This document shows positions 12,901 through 26,500 of a stretch of DNA of 64,000 nucleotides, in pieces. The stretch's first letter is position 1. The number at the start of each line of letters is the position of its first letter. A model generated the notes under the pieces. That model had not been told where the DNA came from. It was given only the letters and a program-made list of their open reading frames with translations, and ran no database searches. Source of the DNA: the human T2T-CHM13v2.0 reference genome, Homo sapiens; NCBI RefSeq assembly GCF_009914755.1, contig NC_060928.1. One strand, written 5' to 3'. The translations under genes were made by a program, and so were the position numbers.

Positions 12901-15900
12901 TTGGTTTGTCCTTGTTTCTCTCCTTCCTTGAGATGTGACCGTAGAGTGTCAGTTTGTGCTCTTTCAGTTTTTGGTAGGCCTTTAGGGCTATGAACTCTCC
13001 TCTTAGTACCACCTTTGCTGTTTCCCAGAGGTTTTGATAGGTTGTGTCATTATTGTAAAGTTCGAAGAATTTTTTAGTTTCCATCTTGATTTTGTTTTTG
13101 ACTCATTTCTCATTTGGGAGCAGGTTATTTAATTTCCATGTATTTGCATGGTTTTGAAGGTTCCTTTTGGAGTTGATTTCCAGTTTTATTCCACTATGGT
13201 CTGAGAGAGTGCCTGATATAACTTCAATTTTCTTAAATGTATTGAGGCTCATTTTGTGGCCTATCAGATGGTCTATCTTGGAGAAAGTTCCGTGCACTGT
13301 TGAATAGAATGTGTATTCTGCAGTTGTCAGGTGAAATGTTTTGTATATATTTGTTAAGTCTGTTTGTTTCAATATATAGTTTAAATGCATTCTTTGTTGA
13401 CTTTCTGTCTTGATGACCTGTCTAGTGCTGTCAGTGCAGTATTGAAGTCCCCCACTATTATTGTGTTGCTGTCTATCTCATTTCTTAGGTCTATTAGTAA
13501 TTGTTTTACAAATTTGAGAGTGCCAGTGTTGGGTGCATATGTTTAGGATTGTGATATTTTCCTGTTGGACAAGGCCTTTTATCATTATATAATGTCCCTC
13601 TTTGTCTCTTTTAACTGCTATTGCTTTAAAGTTTGTTTTGTCTGATATAAGCATAGCTATTCCTGTGTACTTTCGGTGTCCATTTGCATGAAATGCCTTT
13701 TTCTACCCCTTTAAGTTCGTGTGAGTCCTTATGTGTTAGATGAGTCTCCTTAAGGCAGTAGATAGTTGGTTAGTGAGTTCTTATCCATACTGCAGTTCTG
13801 TATCTTTTAAGTGGAGCATTTAGGCCATTCACATTCAATGTTAGTATTGAAATGTGAGGTACTATTGCGTTCATCATGCTCTTTGTTGCCTGTGTATTTA
13901 GTTTTTTTGTTTTTGTTTTTGCCTTTTAACTTACATTTTTGTTTTATAGGTCCTGTGTGATTTATGCTTTAAAGAGGTTCAGTTTTGATGTGTTTCCAGG
14001 ATTTGTTTCAAGATTTAGTACACAAGAACTCCTTTTAGCAGTTCTTGTAGTGGTGGCTTGGTAATGGCAAATTCTCTCAGTGTTTGTTTGTCTGAAAAAG
14101 ACTGTGTTTCCTTCACACATCATGCTTAGTTTCAGTGGATACAAAATTCTTGGCTGGTAATTGTTTTATTTGAGGAGGCTGAAGATAGGGCCCCAATCCC
14201 TTCTAGATTACAAGGCTTCTGCTGAGAAATCTGCTGTTAATCTGATAGGTTTTCCTTTATAGGTTACCTGGTGCTTCTGCCTCACAGTTCTTAATATTCT
14301 TTCCTTCATCTTAACTTTGGATAACCTGATGACAGTGTGCCTAGGCGAAGATCTTCTTGTGATGAATTACCCAGGTGTCCTTTGTGCTTCTTGTATTTGG
14401 ATGTCCAGGTCTCTAGCAAGGCTAGAGAAGTTCTCCTCGATTATTTCCCCAAATATGTTTTCCAAGCTTTTAGAATTATCTTCTTCCTCAGGAACACCAA
14501 TTATTCTTAAGTTTGGTTGTTTAACATAATCCCAGACTTCTTGCTGGCCTTGTTCATGTTTCCTTAATTTTTCTTTGTCTTTGTTGAATTGGACTAATTC
14601 AAAGACCTTGTCTTCAAGATCTGAATTTCTTTCTTCTACTTGTTAAATTCTATTGCTGAAACTTTCCAGAGAATTTTGAATTTCTAAAAGTGTGTCCAAA
14701 GTTTCCTGAATTTTTGATTGTTTGTTTTTCTTTAAACTATCTAATTCCTTGAATATTTCTCCCTTCACTTCTTGTATAAGTTTTTTGGATTTCATTGTAT
14801 TGGGCTTTCTGCTCCCAGATTAGTTTAATAACTAATCTCCTGAATTCTTTTTCCGGTAAATCAGGGATTTCTTCTTGGTTTGGGTCTATTGCTCATGAAC
14901 TAGTGTGATTTATTTGAGGGGTGTTGAAGAGCCTTGTTGTGTCATATTACCACAGTTGGTCTTCTAGTTCCTTCTCATTTGGGTAGGCTCTGTCAGAGGG
15001 AAGGTCTGGGGCTGAAGGCTGTTGTTCAGATTCTTTTGTCCCACAGGTGTTCCCTTGATGTAGGAGTAGTATCTCCCCATTTTTCTATGGATGTGGCTTC
15101 CCATGCCACATCCATAGTGATTGTTGTCTGTCTTCTTCGTCTAGCCACCTAGCAAGTCTACCTGGCTATGGTCTGGTACTAGGGGTTGTCTGCAGAGTCC
15201 TGTGATGTGAACCGTCTATGGGTTTCTCAGCCATGGACGGAGGCCTGTTCAGTGGAGGTGGCAGAGGAGTGCAATGGACTCCGTGAGGGTTCTTAGCTTT
15301 GGTGGTTTAATGCTCCATTTTCCTGCTGGTTGGCGTTCTGTCAGGAGGTGGCACTTTCCAGAAAGCATCAGCTGTGGTAGTGTGGGGAGGAACCGGAAGT
15401 GGGCAGGGCCCCAGCACTTCCAAGATTATATGCCCTTTGTCTTCCACTACCAGGGTGTGTAGGGAAGGTCCAGGAGGTTGGAGCAGGGATAAGCATGTCT
15501 GAGCTCAGACTCTCCTTGGGCCGGTCTTGCTGGGGTTGCTGTGGGGAATGGGGGTGAGATTCCCAGGTCCCTGGCTGCCTCTGCTAAGTCATGCAGGTTG
15601 TCAGGAAAGTGGGGGAAAGCTGACAGTCACAGGCCTCACTCAGCTCCTATGCAAACTGAAGGGCCTGCTCACTCCCACTGTGCCCCCTTCAACAGCCCTG
15701 AGTCTGTTTCCAGGCAGAGGGCAAAACGGGCTTGAAAACCTGCCCCAGACTACCCACCTCCCAGCTGCAGAAGAAAAGGACTTGGTTCTTCCCTGGCCTG
15801 AGGAGCCTGCACGTCAGATTTGTGCTCTCCCCTGAGTTCTGGCCAGGTGGCTTCTCACCCCATTCAAATTGTTACAAAGTTCACCTAGAGATTTCCTTCT

Positions 15901-16340
15901 CCCTGTGGAGTTTTACTCCCTGCTTCTCTCCCATTGGATTCCTGGGGTGCCAGGCAGGAATGGGCTGCTTGGGGACCAAGCAAGCTCCCAGGGCCTTTCT
16001 GCTGCTTCCTCTACCCCTGTATTTCACTCAGCTCTCCAAGGTGAAGTCGGAAACTTCTTCCGCAAACAGACCTTCAGTTTCCCCAGTAGGGGTGTGTGTT
16101 TGGGAAAGGAAGGTCTACGATTCCCACTTCCACTGTTGGGGCACTTACAGCATTTAGGGGATCTCCCAGGTCCTGCAGGAGCAGTTCACTTCTTTCAGAG
16201 GGTCCGTCAGTCTCAGAATTGCTAGTTTGTTCTTGCAGCCAATCTGGAGCTAAAATTCATGATGTGAGCCTCTGCACACTGTTCTGTCTAGAGCTACAGT
16301 CTAGTCCTGCCTCCCATCCACCGTGATGATCCCAATTCCC
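9933..16340 (-). mobile_element. Full-length, decayed LINE-1 (L1PB1-like 3' end, L1PBa-type 5' UTR), 6.4 kb
   Basis: 3' end CCCATAAGTTATTGGGGTACAGGTGGTATTTGGTTACATGAGTAAG is L1PB-type. ORF2, ORF1-region and 5' UTR follow in order. Perfect 13-bp TSD CAAGAATTACTAC at 9920-9932 and 16341-16353. Confidence 0.93.
10321..13390 (-). pseudogene. Disrupted L1 ORF2 (endonuclease / reverse transcriptase / Cys-rich fragments)
   Basis: ORF fragments in different frames: 13103-13390 (endonuclease, SKIDH...SDHSGIKL), 11546-12223 (RT, QGCPLPP...LFADDMIVY), 11115-11552, and 10321-10629 (CWCGC...HCWWGC). Multiple stops and frameshifts. Confidence 0.92.
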
Positions 16341-16730
16341 CAAGAATTACTACGTCTAAGGCAGGATGTTGTACTGGCAGAACAATGCCTAACCACAATG
16401 TAGGTACCATCTTCTCAGCCTACATAGAATCCTGTCATTATCTGCAATTGCTCTATCACCCAAAATAGCCAGCTCCCCAGTCATGCTTCTTGACTACATC
16501 ATGATTTCCTTGTCAACAGTTTCAACTTGTCAACCATTTAAGTATGTCTGGTTTTTGTTGCTACTGTTTTATTTTTAACTTCATTAGACGTTCATTTGGT
16601 GGATTCTTCTCTTAATATTTTCTTCCATTTAATCAGCTGTGTCCTTTCCTTATATCCCTTCCTTGAGAAATTAGATTTAACTTCCCAGGATTTCAAAGGA
16701 AACTCCTAATTCCTAAACTTTCACACACAC

Positions 16731-17139
16731 AAATACAGTTTGGCTGTCCCCTTCAAGTCTCATACTGAAATGTAATCCCCAGTGTTGGAGGTGGAACCTG
16801 GTGGGAGGTGACTGGATCATGGGGATGGTTTTCTTATGAATGGTTTAGCGCTATCCCCTTGGTGCTGTCTTTGCAACAGCAAATGACTTCTTGTGAGATC
16901 TGGTTGTTTGAAAGTGTGTCACCTTCCCCTCTTCTCTCCTGCTCCTGCTCTTGCCATGCAATGCAACTGCTCCCTCTTCACGTTCCACCATGAGTAAAAG
17001 CTCCCTGAGGCCTCACCAGCAGCCAAGCAGCTGCAGGGGCCATGTTTGCATGACCTGCAGAACTATGAGCCAATAAAACCTCTATTCTTTATAAATTACC
17101 CAATCAGGTATTTCTTTATAGCAATGCAAGAATAGCCTA

Positions 17140-17144
<5 letters not shown>
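16731..17144 (+). mobile_element. MST (MSTB-like) ERVL-MaLR solo LTR
   Basis: GTTTGGCTGTCCCC...TGAAATGTAATCCCCAGTGTTGGAGGTGG start; GAGCCAATAAAACCTC polyA region; CTTTATAGCAATGCAAGAATAGCCTAATACA end. Confidence 0.88.

Positions 17145-17200
<56 letters not shown>
17143..17200 (+). repeat. (CA)29 perfect microsatellite
   Basis: Read directly from the sequence. Confidence 0.97.
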
Positions 17201-17203
<3 letters not shown>

Positions 17204-19419
17204 CCCTGCTTTTTTAATTCCCTTCAGGTCATGGCTAGATCCTGCAAATATGTGTTAATTAAATACTCTTCATACTCACAAGAGACTGCTAGTCTAATTA
17301 TCCTCTTTCTCTTGATGTTCAGCTTCTCCTTCTCTAGTCTGTTCTTCCCACTAGATTTTAAAACAAACAGTTTTAAAACAGTTCAACACAGTAAAGAATA
17401 GCAACATAAATCTTGGTTCAACTACTCCTCATGTTCCAGTTACTTCCAGCTATGTTCATGTTGCTTTCTTCTGCTAAAGAGTAGATTCTGTTTTGACCCT
17501 AAAGGTTAATAAAATTCAGCATGATGTAATAAAAATATAAAATTACATGAAATAGAAATAATAGAAGCACTCTACTGTCATAAATATTTTTATAAATAAA
17601 GTTATTTTTCTCTATTTAACCTTATTTTATTTTGCTTACATATATTAGGTGTCTTTTGAATTGATGAAAGAAATGTATCTAGTTGTGTGACTAATCTCTG
17701 AGGCTGTTTCTTCACCAGTAAAAATAAGAGTTTGCTTTTGGTACATGCAAGTTCTATTATACAAAGATGGTAAAATTTAAATCATAAGTTTTCCTAGATC
17801 AGGCAAAATACATCTATGTTTTGACACTTTACTATGTGCATATTTTTCAAAGATGATAGGCGCTCTCTTCAATGTTGTATGTTTCTGGAAGGCACTGAAA
17901 AAGTTAAATTATAATTAATTCACCCTCAACTATTTTCTCACAAACAAAAGAGTCAGGCTTAGTGAATTAAAGTATAGACGCAATCTGGGTTTATTATATG
18001 GTTATTGGGCTGTATAATGCCGTTTTTAAAAATTGCATTTGAAGCAGCATTTTATGCACAAATTTGTTGAATATAATATTACTTATTTCAACGTATACAT
18101 ATCAAGATGATAACCTTAGTTGTTGTATTTCAAAATTGGAAAAATTGGGATTTATTTTTAAATTAGGCATTTCACTAGTGTCTAATTTTTAAATGATAGT
18201 GGAATAAACTGCTAGGGGGTAATTCTTGACACTCTTATTCTAAGTATACTAAGAATGATAATGTAACAAAGAGTAACAGATCAGGGTTACCATAGATAAA
18301 TATGTGCTTGTAAGAGAAATGTTGAGTTTAAAAGGAAGCATGAAAAAAGTCTGATAGTGATTCACAACTTTGGAGTAAAACTGTAAAGTCTTTCACTAGT
18401 CATGAACTGTAGTTTTGCCAAGAGTCCATCAGCACGCACTGTCAGAGAAGAGCTGGAGAAAGTCATAATCAATCTGATTTTGTATCAACCAAAAAAAGAT
18501 GACAGATCTGAAATAGCTTTCCTTATACAGGGCTTAAGATACAAATATATGAATGCATCACTTTAGTGATAATAAAAGCTGACTTTGTGACCTTGAGTAA
18601 TCTTTCAAGGATCTTTCCATGGAAGGCTAGGAAATTGCAACCTTATGTAGAATGGGTTAAATTTGCCAGATATCTTTTATTCAATTTTAGAGAATGAATT
18701 CAGTTATGCTATTTGCATTTGTATTTAAATTTTTACATGAGAATGAGGTCCTGGCATTGGAAAGTCATATATCCTATGTTAGATTTAGCCATCTCCTCTA
18801 TCAGCTTGACCTTCTGCTATTCTGTGTATTTACTGGCTGGACGTTCACCTGTTCCTCTTGGTGTAGTAAAGCTATAAATAGGAAGAAGAAGCAGAAAGGT
18901 TATCCGATCAAAATGCAGAATATGGATAAAGGTCAAGGTGGTAGGGCATGCAGTTCTAATTCCCAATATATATTAGACAATAAAAATCTTACACCTCATT
19001 CTTGTGGCAAAAATTGTAATAACGGAATTGAAATACTGTGCAAATTATTTTTCATACAGGATTGTCGAGTCGAAATGAAGTAATAGTATTTGTCCATTTT
19101 CATTAAACTTTTAGAATGATATTCTAATGCTTATGAAAAAGATGCCATACGTACAAAATAGAAAAACAACAAATATGTATTTGAAAATTCCATATTTTTA
19201 CACGTTTTCTTTTTATTCATCATTGAATTTATAATTTGAATTATATAGAAAAAATAAAGTATATGTGAGGTAAATCATAGAGACCAGGAAATCCAAAGTT
19301 TGAAAGAAACTAAACTATGGCAAAAATTGTTAAGGTAATAAGTTAATTTTTCCTTCTATTTAAGTTATAATATTTATAGATATTTTGCACGCATCTCAAT
19401 ACCTTGATTCTCTGATTGA

Positions 19420-19838
19420 TAACGTTATATGACCAAAAAAAACAAAAAACAAAAGACTTCACAGACATGATTAAGTTGAAGAACGTGAGATATAGAGAGC
19501 ATTCTTGGTAAGTGCAATCATATTATCCTAATAAAAGAAAAACGGAGATTTTACAAATAAACATACAGAGGAGAAGGCAATGTGGTCATAGAGGCAGACA
19601 TCAGAATGATGTGGCCATAAGCCAGGGAATGCCAGCAACCACCAGAATCTGGAAGGGGCAAGAAATGGAATCTTTTCTATATCTTCTGGAAGGAGCATGG
19701 CCCTGACACCATGCAGATATTGCCCCAATAAAAGTAAATTTCTGATTTCTGGCCTCCAGAATTAGAAGAGAATAAATATACATTATCTTAAGTCACCAAG
19801 TTTATGGCAATTTGTTACAGCAGCCATAGGAAACAAAT
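19420..19838 (+). mobile_element. MLT1 (MLT1C/D-like) MaLR LTR
   Basis: GCCATAAGCCAGGGAATGCCAGCAACCACCAGAA...TTCTGGCCTCCAGAA...GGCAATTTGTTACAGCAGCCATAGGAAAC. Confidence 0.82.
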
Positions 19839-20629
19839 GAAGGGGACGTTTTTGGGAAAAGAGCAGAGTGCTTGGCACATTTTTGCTGATCAGTATTTCT
19901 TATAATTACATAAAGAGGGGGTTTTATAGGTAGAATCACAACAAGTCTCACCATAGTGGAGATTATAGCACATAAATGTGGTGTTGGCACCTTAAACCTA
20001 GCTTACTTCAAAATAGTTCATCTTCTGGCATTTCAATTAATGAAAATCACAAAATTAGGCACTTTTATGGTTGGTACATCCTCTGTTTAATCCCCAGTAA
20101 TAGTGCAAACACATCAATTAAAACTCAAACATTTCAGCTCATCCTAATGTGTATTAAGGTATTGGATATGCTATCCATTACCTCATAGTACAGTGGCCTG
20201 AGCCTCACTCCTCATAGTACAGAGGAATGAGAACTGAATGGGGAAATGAAGAGCCTGGAAATGCATCCTGGCTGGCTGATAGATTCCACCTCCATGTGTT
20301 TTATTTTTCCAAGTGTTTAAAGGAAGGCAGAAGTGCTATGTCACAAATCTCTTCCAGTGATCCGGGATATTTATTCTAAAGAAGAAGAGAAATGGAAACA
20401 TCAAAATGTAGGTAGTGTGAAGGAGGGATAAGTCTGGTAGCATCCCTTGGTGAGGATAATGAATGATGTGATACCCTGGGCATCTGGAAGAGGAAAGTTT
20501 AGAGCAGTAATTCTGGAGGATAAGGATGAGATAGCATAGAAAGGTGGCCACAATATAATTTCACAATGTTTTGAAAACATGCCCTATCACTCTCTCTGCC
20601 CATATGCCCTAGATGTTGATGTTAGTTAT

Positions 20630-21400
20630 AGCCTGAAAATGTAGGAGATTTCTGAGTCTGGCTAGAAAAGAGAAGAGAGCCACAGACTGAGCCCTGAGGA
20701 ACCCTAACTTTTGGGAATGGAGTGATGAGGACCAGAGAAGCAGGAAGAAAACTAGGAAACTGTGGTTTCCTGGATGTCCAGTCAAAACAATGTTTCAAGG
20801 AGGAAAGAGACATCAACTATCCAAAGTTGATAGGTCAAGTAAGATGAAGACTGAAAACAAACTCTTGCTTTTATTAGAGTGGAGGCCCCTGGTAATCCTC
20901 ATAGGAAGCAATTTCAGCAGAGTTATCTGGTGCATTACATTATAATGAAATAAATCTTTTCCAAGGTATTTGTGGGAACTAGTTCTATGAGTTCAATAGG
21001 TACTTTATGAAATTTGATGGAATTTCACGATTGTCTTAAGTTGCAGATACATCTCTTTCCCAAGGAACTTTTGCTCCTAAGTCAACACAAGAGTTAGAGG
21101 GAGGAAAATAATAGACAATCAGACTAAATAACTTTTCTAAGGAGCATTCTCATAAAGGGAAGAGGAGAAATGAGGCAGTGGCTGGGAGAAAAAGTTGGAT
21201 CAAGAAAAAAATATTTTAAAATATATGGGAGTAATAACAAGTTTATATGGTAATAAGAATCATTTGGTAAAAAGAAAAAATAACTATAGACACTGAAGAG
21301 ATGGTGGAGAAAGAATTGCTGGAGCAAGTCATTGAGAAAGAGAAAAGGGATGGGATCAGGAGCACAGCTGTGGGGAGCTGACCAGTGGTGGAGAGTGCAG
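20630..21400 (-). mobile_element. L2 LINE remnants
   Basis: GACTGAGCCCTGAGGAACCCTAAC...TGTTTCAAGGAGGAAAGAG...GGTCAAGTAAGATGAAGACTGA is typical of antisense L2. Confidence 0.65.
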
Positions 21401-24400
21401 GGACTCTTTGGATATTACAGTCACCAAGAGTTATGGAAGGAGTGGTGTCAGAGGGAGTTAAGGTGATCCTGGAAGCTTAATGAATAAGGTAGAATGACCC
21501 AAACATAGATGGGTAATACCAACCAAGAAAGTAGAGGTGCGATTTTCTAGTGACTTAAGATTCAAAGCTGGCTTTTTTTCAGAATTATTTGTAAATATCA
21601 AATAAGCAAGGAAGATGTATGCCTGGGTCACTTAGGATCCAAGTAATACAAGGAATATGGGGTCCGTGGGGAGCTCATAGCACAGGGGAGAGCAAGACAA
21701 TGAAGTGAAGGATCAGAGAAGAGGTGAAGTTCAGGGTATTTTGCAGATAATTTTGAATTCCAGGGGGCTCACTGGAGGAGCTTCTAGAGTTGCAGAGAGG
21801 TGGGAGATGAGGTCTACCAAAGAGAATCACAGTAGATGACCCGGACTTTGGGTGCTGACAGACCTAATGAGCAGTAGGAGGTGTGATGCAATTACTTGTT
21901 TGCTTCCAAGGTAGTTTATGATGCCAAGACTGTGAGTGATACTGAGGGGAGGAGAGTTACAGGACTTACAAAAAGGAGATGGCATTTCTGGGGATCCAAC
22001 TTGATTATTGCTGGAGAGGTAGAGGCCTCTGCAGAGGCCATCTTGCTGTGAAGTCACAGGACTCCTAAGATCCCTATTATCTCCAGCCTATGCAGGAGGT
22101 TAGCAAAAGCTTTAAATGCCTAGAATCGAAGTGCCTACTTGTCTTGTCTCTACTTATAAAAGAAGGGGGAGTACCTTCTCTGAGTGTACATAATTAAAAT
22201 CATAGAAAAAGAGTGTTTAAATACAAGGTCATTGAGATGAATGCCTTATTGGTCATATATCAGAAGCCTGAAATTACTAAAGACAATCATGACAACTCTC
22301 GATTCATAGAATGGATGTGATTTTCAAAAGTGGTGTAGTGTATTCATCCTAGCTGAGCAGGGCTATAGCTAAACCAGGCCAGGCAGCTGCATTATCATGT
22401 GTAGTAACCATGAATTATCTTTCTTATGACTAAGAACATTTAAGAATTGACTAGCCATGCAGCCTTGACAGAAGTGGAAGATACAGTTGCCCTTAAACGT
22501 TTACATCGAATCTGGTTACCAAGTGCTGAAATCATGCTGTCACAACCTACCACTCAAGTAAGAATTATGATAAGGGACAAACTTAGTATATTCTTTTGTA
22601 ATGCATGACTTGAATCGAGAAAATTGTCTTAAAAAATAAAAGCTATCTCTACTCTTCTACTCTTCCACTTAGGAGGATTCTGCCATTTATGAGAGATCAG
22701 CCATATTAACTTACGTTTCCTTTGGCACTTCACAAACTCTCTCTCCTACCTGCCCCCAACCCCCCACACACACCCCCCACAGTAGCAGCAGAGAACACAA
22801 GGAGTGGTTAGACTAGCACTACGTGCCAACACTCTACTTCAGCCGTTACGCTTCTCTAACACCAACCTGAGTAGATAAGCATGATGATTTCTCCACAGTC
22901 AATATATGAGCAGTCCTATGCAGAGTGAAATAGACTCACCATATCATTTTAAAATGTTTTGTTCAGGTACAAACACCAAAATCAGAGACTCTCTTCAAGT
23001 ATCTTGTCAGGTGATAAGGCAAACAGCAATTTAGGATGAGGAAGTTTACCAAAGGAAACTTTCCGTGGTGAGAGTGAGTCACCTGAGTTAGGGAACACCC
23101 GAGGGGATATCACTGAATCAGATCCCTGAAGCTTGGTGGTCCTTAGTCACTATGACATGATAGCTAATGCAGGAGACAGACTTGAATAGCTAACGAGATT
23201 ACCAGCAATGCTTTCCAGATTAAATTGTCATGAGAACATATAGAATGTTAGCCGAACACTACATATTGATATGTATTTTAAAAAATAAGGGTTTGCAAAG
23301 TAGCAGGGTACATCTCATTGTATTTCATTTAGTAGAAACCACTGAACTGTTCTTACCAAACTATTGAGAGACTGACTACTAACATGCTTCTAGTTTTGAC
23401 TAGGGCTCTAATATTTGAATTTACAGTAATTTGCACAGTTTCTGTCTAATTAGTCATGTAGACGAAGGAAGAAGTGAAAAGCAAATTGGCAAAACAATTA
23501 TGGATTATAAATTCTCTACTGTGAGAACTGAATAGTAAAGTAACTAAGAAGAACAAATAATGGGAAGTCTTCCCTCATATCAGTAGTTGAAAAGCCAAAT
23601 AATATTGAACAGCAGTAAGTGGTGATTAGTGCCTCTGTTAAGTCCACAAGATATTGATAATCTATAAATATAAATTGTAAAAGCAGTCCTGATAAGGGAA
23701 AGGTGGAGTTTTATTGGACAGTTCAGTGCCCTTCCCCCAAATATTAGGAAGGAGACCAAGAAAGGGGAGGAGACAAAATCCTGATATTGCTTGTTGTAAA
23801 ATAATGATCATGAAAATAATTAAAAATGCGTTAAAAATTAAAAAAGTCATAGTGATGTCATGTCTTGAAGATATAGAGAAAGTACCACATGGATAATAAA
23901 TATGCAAATGGGGTTTCAGAATGTGCATCTGACTATGAATATATTTTTAATATTTTCCTATTTTAATATAAAAGGCAATATTTAAGCACTACCATTATAT
24001 TGTCCCATAAATGCTGCAAATCATTTTTTTAACTAAGCTTGGTATAAATATATAAGCAAGCAGATATTTGATATATTTATAGTGTTGCAATCAGGAGATT
24101 TATGTAACAGTATGCCAGTAATGTGCTTATCCACACTCTTACTTGATCCCAAATGAAAACAATATTTTCATACACTGGCTCCCTCTTTGTTATATTTTCT
24201 TTTCTGTGCCATTGATAAGATAAAAGTGAAAAATAAAGTTTATTTCTTAAAAAATACTTTGAAAGAGTTCCAAATCTTAGTTTTTAATTAATCCATTGTA
24301 TCTGTAATTTTGTGTGAAGAATTTGATTAAATAAAACATTTTAAAGATATGTCTGTGGAGAAACAACTCATAAAAATACAAAAGAGGGAATGAGTTATTT

Positions 24401-24524
24401 CCTAAGCACATAGTATATTGAAAGTGTTGGCCTGAGATTAAGTTTAACATACAATTTGGAATTGAAGGAGTAAAGAGAACATGAGTATTCTGTAGATCTG
24501 AGGCAGAGACGAGTGAATAAGTAA

Positions 24525-25094
<570 letters not shown>

Positions 25095-25782
25095 TAATGT
25101 TCAGGCAGAAAGAGCTTCAGGTAGTCAAGAACCTCTTGACACTTGAGTGGAAAAAGTCTGTTCTATATTTCTCTGAATCTATGAACTTCGTTGAACTTTT
25201 AAAATTTAGAACTACACACGTTCTTTAATGATTTCTCAGCACCATAGTTTCTAATGCCAAAGCAATGTGGCAGAGATTGAGACAAGTAATAACTTTTGCT
25301 GCTGTTACACTAATGACTCTCTTTTCCAAGTATTATCAGGTAGGCAGGTAACTCAACTACAAAAAAACCACAAAATCCATTTTGCAGTTACTCAAGTCCA
25401 AGTACAAGGACTCACTCACTGCTGCCCATCTTTGCTTTCTGTCCCTGGGGCAGCATTTGCTTATTTGAAAATAGTACCTGGTGTTATTATCTGTTAGAAA
25501 AGAAGGGTTGAAACAATCTGAAGGGGGGGCTACAGCTTGCTGGAAACATCTTAATAATCACAAAACAAATCCACCAAATAAGACATCTGATTTTTGTTAC
25601 CAAATCGCTTATAAGACATGTATTATTTGAGTTGATGAGCTTTCAAAAGACATTTGAAAAAAAGAACTAGAACTTGTGGTTTTCAAATACATAATATCAA
25701 GACAATGACTTAAACTTATCTCTAGGGAATTTTACCCTCAATTTGTAGCATAAGCAAGGAATATACAGATTACTTGTCAATA

Positions 25783-25933
25783 TTTCTTTTTTTAAATTAT
25801 ACTTTAAGTTCTAGGGTACCTGTGCACAACGTGCAGGTTTGATACATAGGTATACATGCGCCATGTTGGTTTGCTGCACCCATCAACTCGTCATTTACAT
25901 TAGGTATTTCTCCTAATGCTATCCCTCCCCCAG
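25783..25933 (-). mobile_element. Short 5'-truncated L1PA (PA6/PA7-like) 3' end
   Basis: ATTATACTTTAAGTTCTAGGGTAC...GCTGCACCCATCAACTCGTCATTTACATTAGGTATTTCTCCTAATGCTATCCCTCCCC. Confidence 0.92.
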
Positions 25934-26339
25934 GCAAAGAGAAGCCTAAATGAGAACAAAAATGGAACTGGCAGTACAATAAAAATGAGAAAGTAAGTAT
26001 GGGCTCTATTGCGGATCACTGCAATTTATAGCCATTAAGGTCACTCATCTTGATAGCCTTTTTAAATATCAAGAATAAATTGTTAAAGAACTGTCACTAT
26101 ACTTTTGCCTACTTAGATAACCAGTTCCTTATTATTATGCTATAACATACCATCTTGGATTTGAATGAGTATCCGACTTTGTGGCTTGTGCAAGTAGTAA
26201 TGATGCAGGTTCTAAGGGTTAATTCTTGAATGATCTTGCATATTCACAGGTTTGTGTGGTCCAGAATCAAAATGCAGTCTTGGTGAAAGTGAGCTTCACT
26301 GTAACTTGGGCAAAGAGTATAAATTAATATAGATGAAGT

Positions 26340-26500
26340 CTGCAGTGGAAGTGGAGTTGAATGATTAAGATGTCCACTTTTGACTGACAATGGATGAGCC
26401 TGGATATCTGTATATAACCCAAGCTCAACATTTGAGCATTGCATCTTCTTGTTAAATGTAACTTCAGATATACCAAGCCTAACCTTTCTTACAGGGCTAT
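26340..26500 (+). mobile_element. MIR remnant
   Basis: GGAGTTGAATGATTAAGA...TGAGCCTGG...GTAACTTCAGATATACCAAGCCTAACC gives a weak match to MIR. Confidence 0.35.

Noticed and set aside
18694-19083. 129-aa ATG ORF in unique DNA
   Set aside because: No recognisable domain, composition typical of AT-rich non-coding sequence, and no convincing splice context.
22752-22780. C-rich tract as a possible G4/i-motif
   Set aside because: Only three clear C-runs; does not cleanly fit the four-run pattern.
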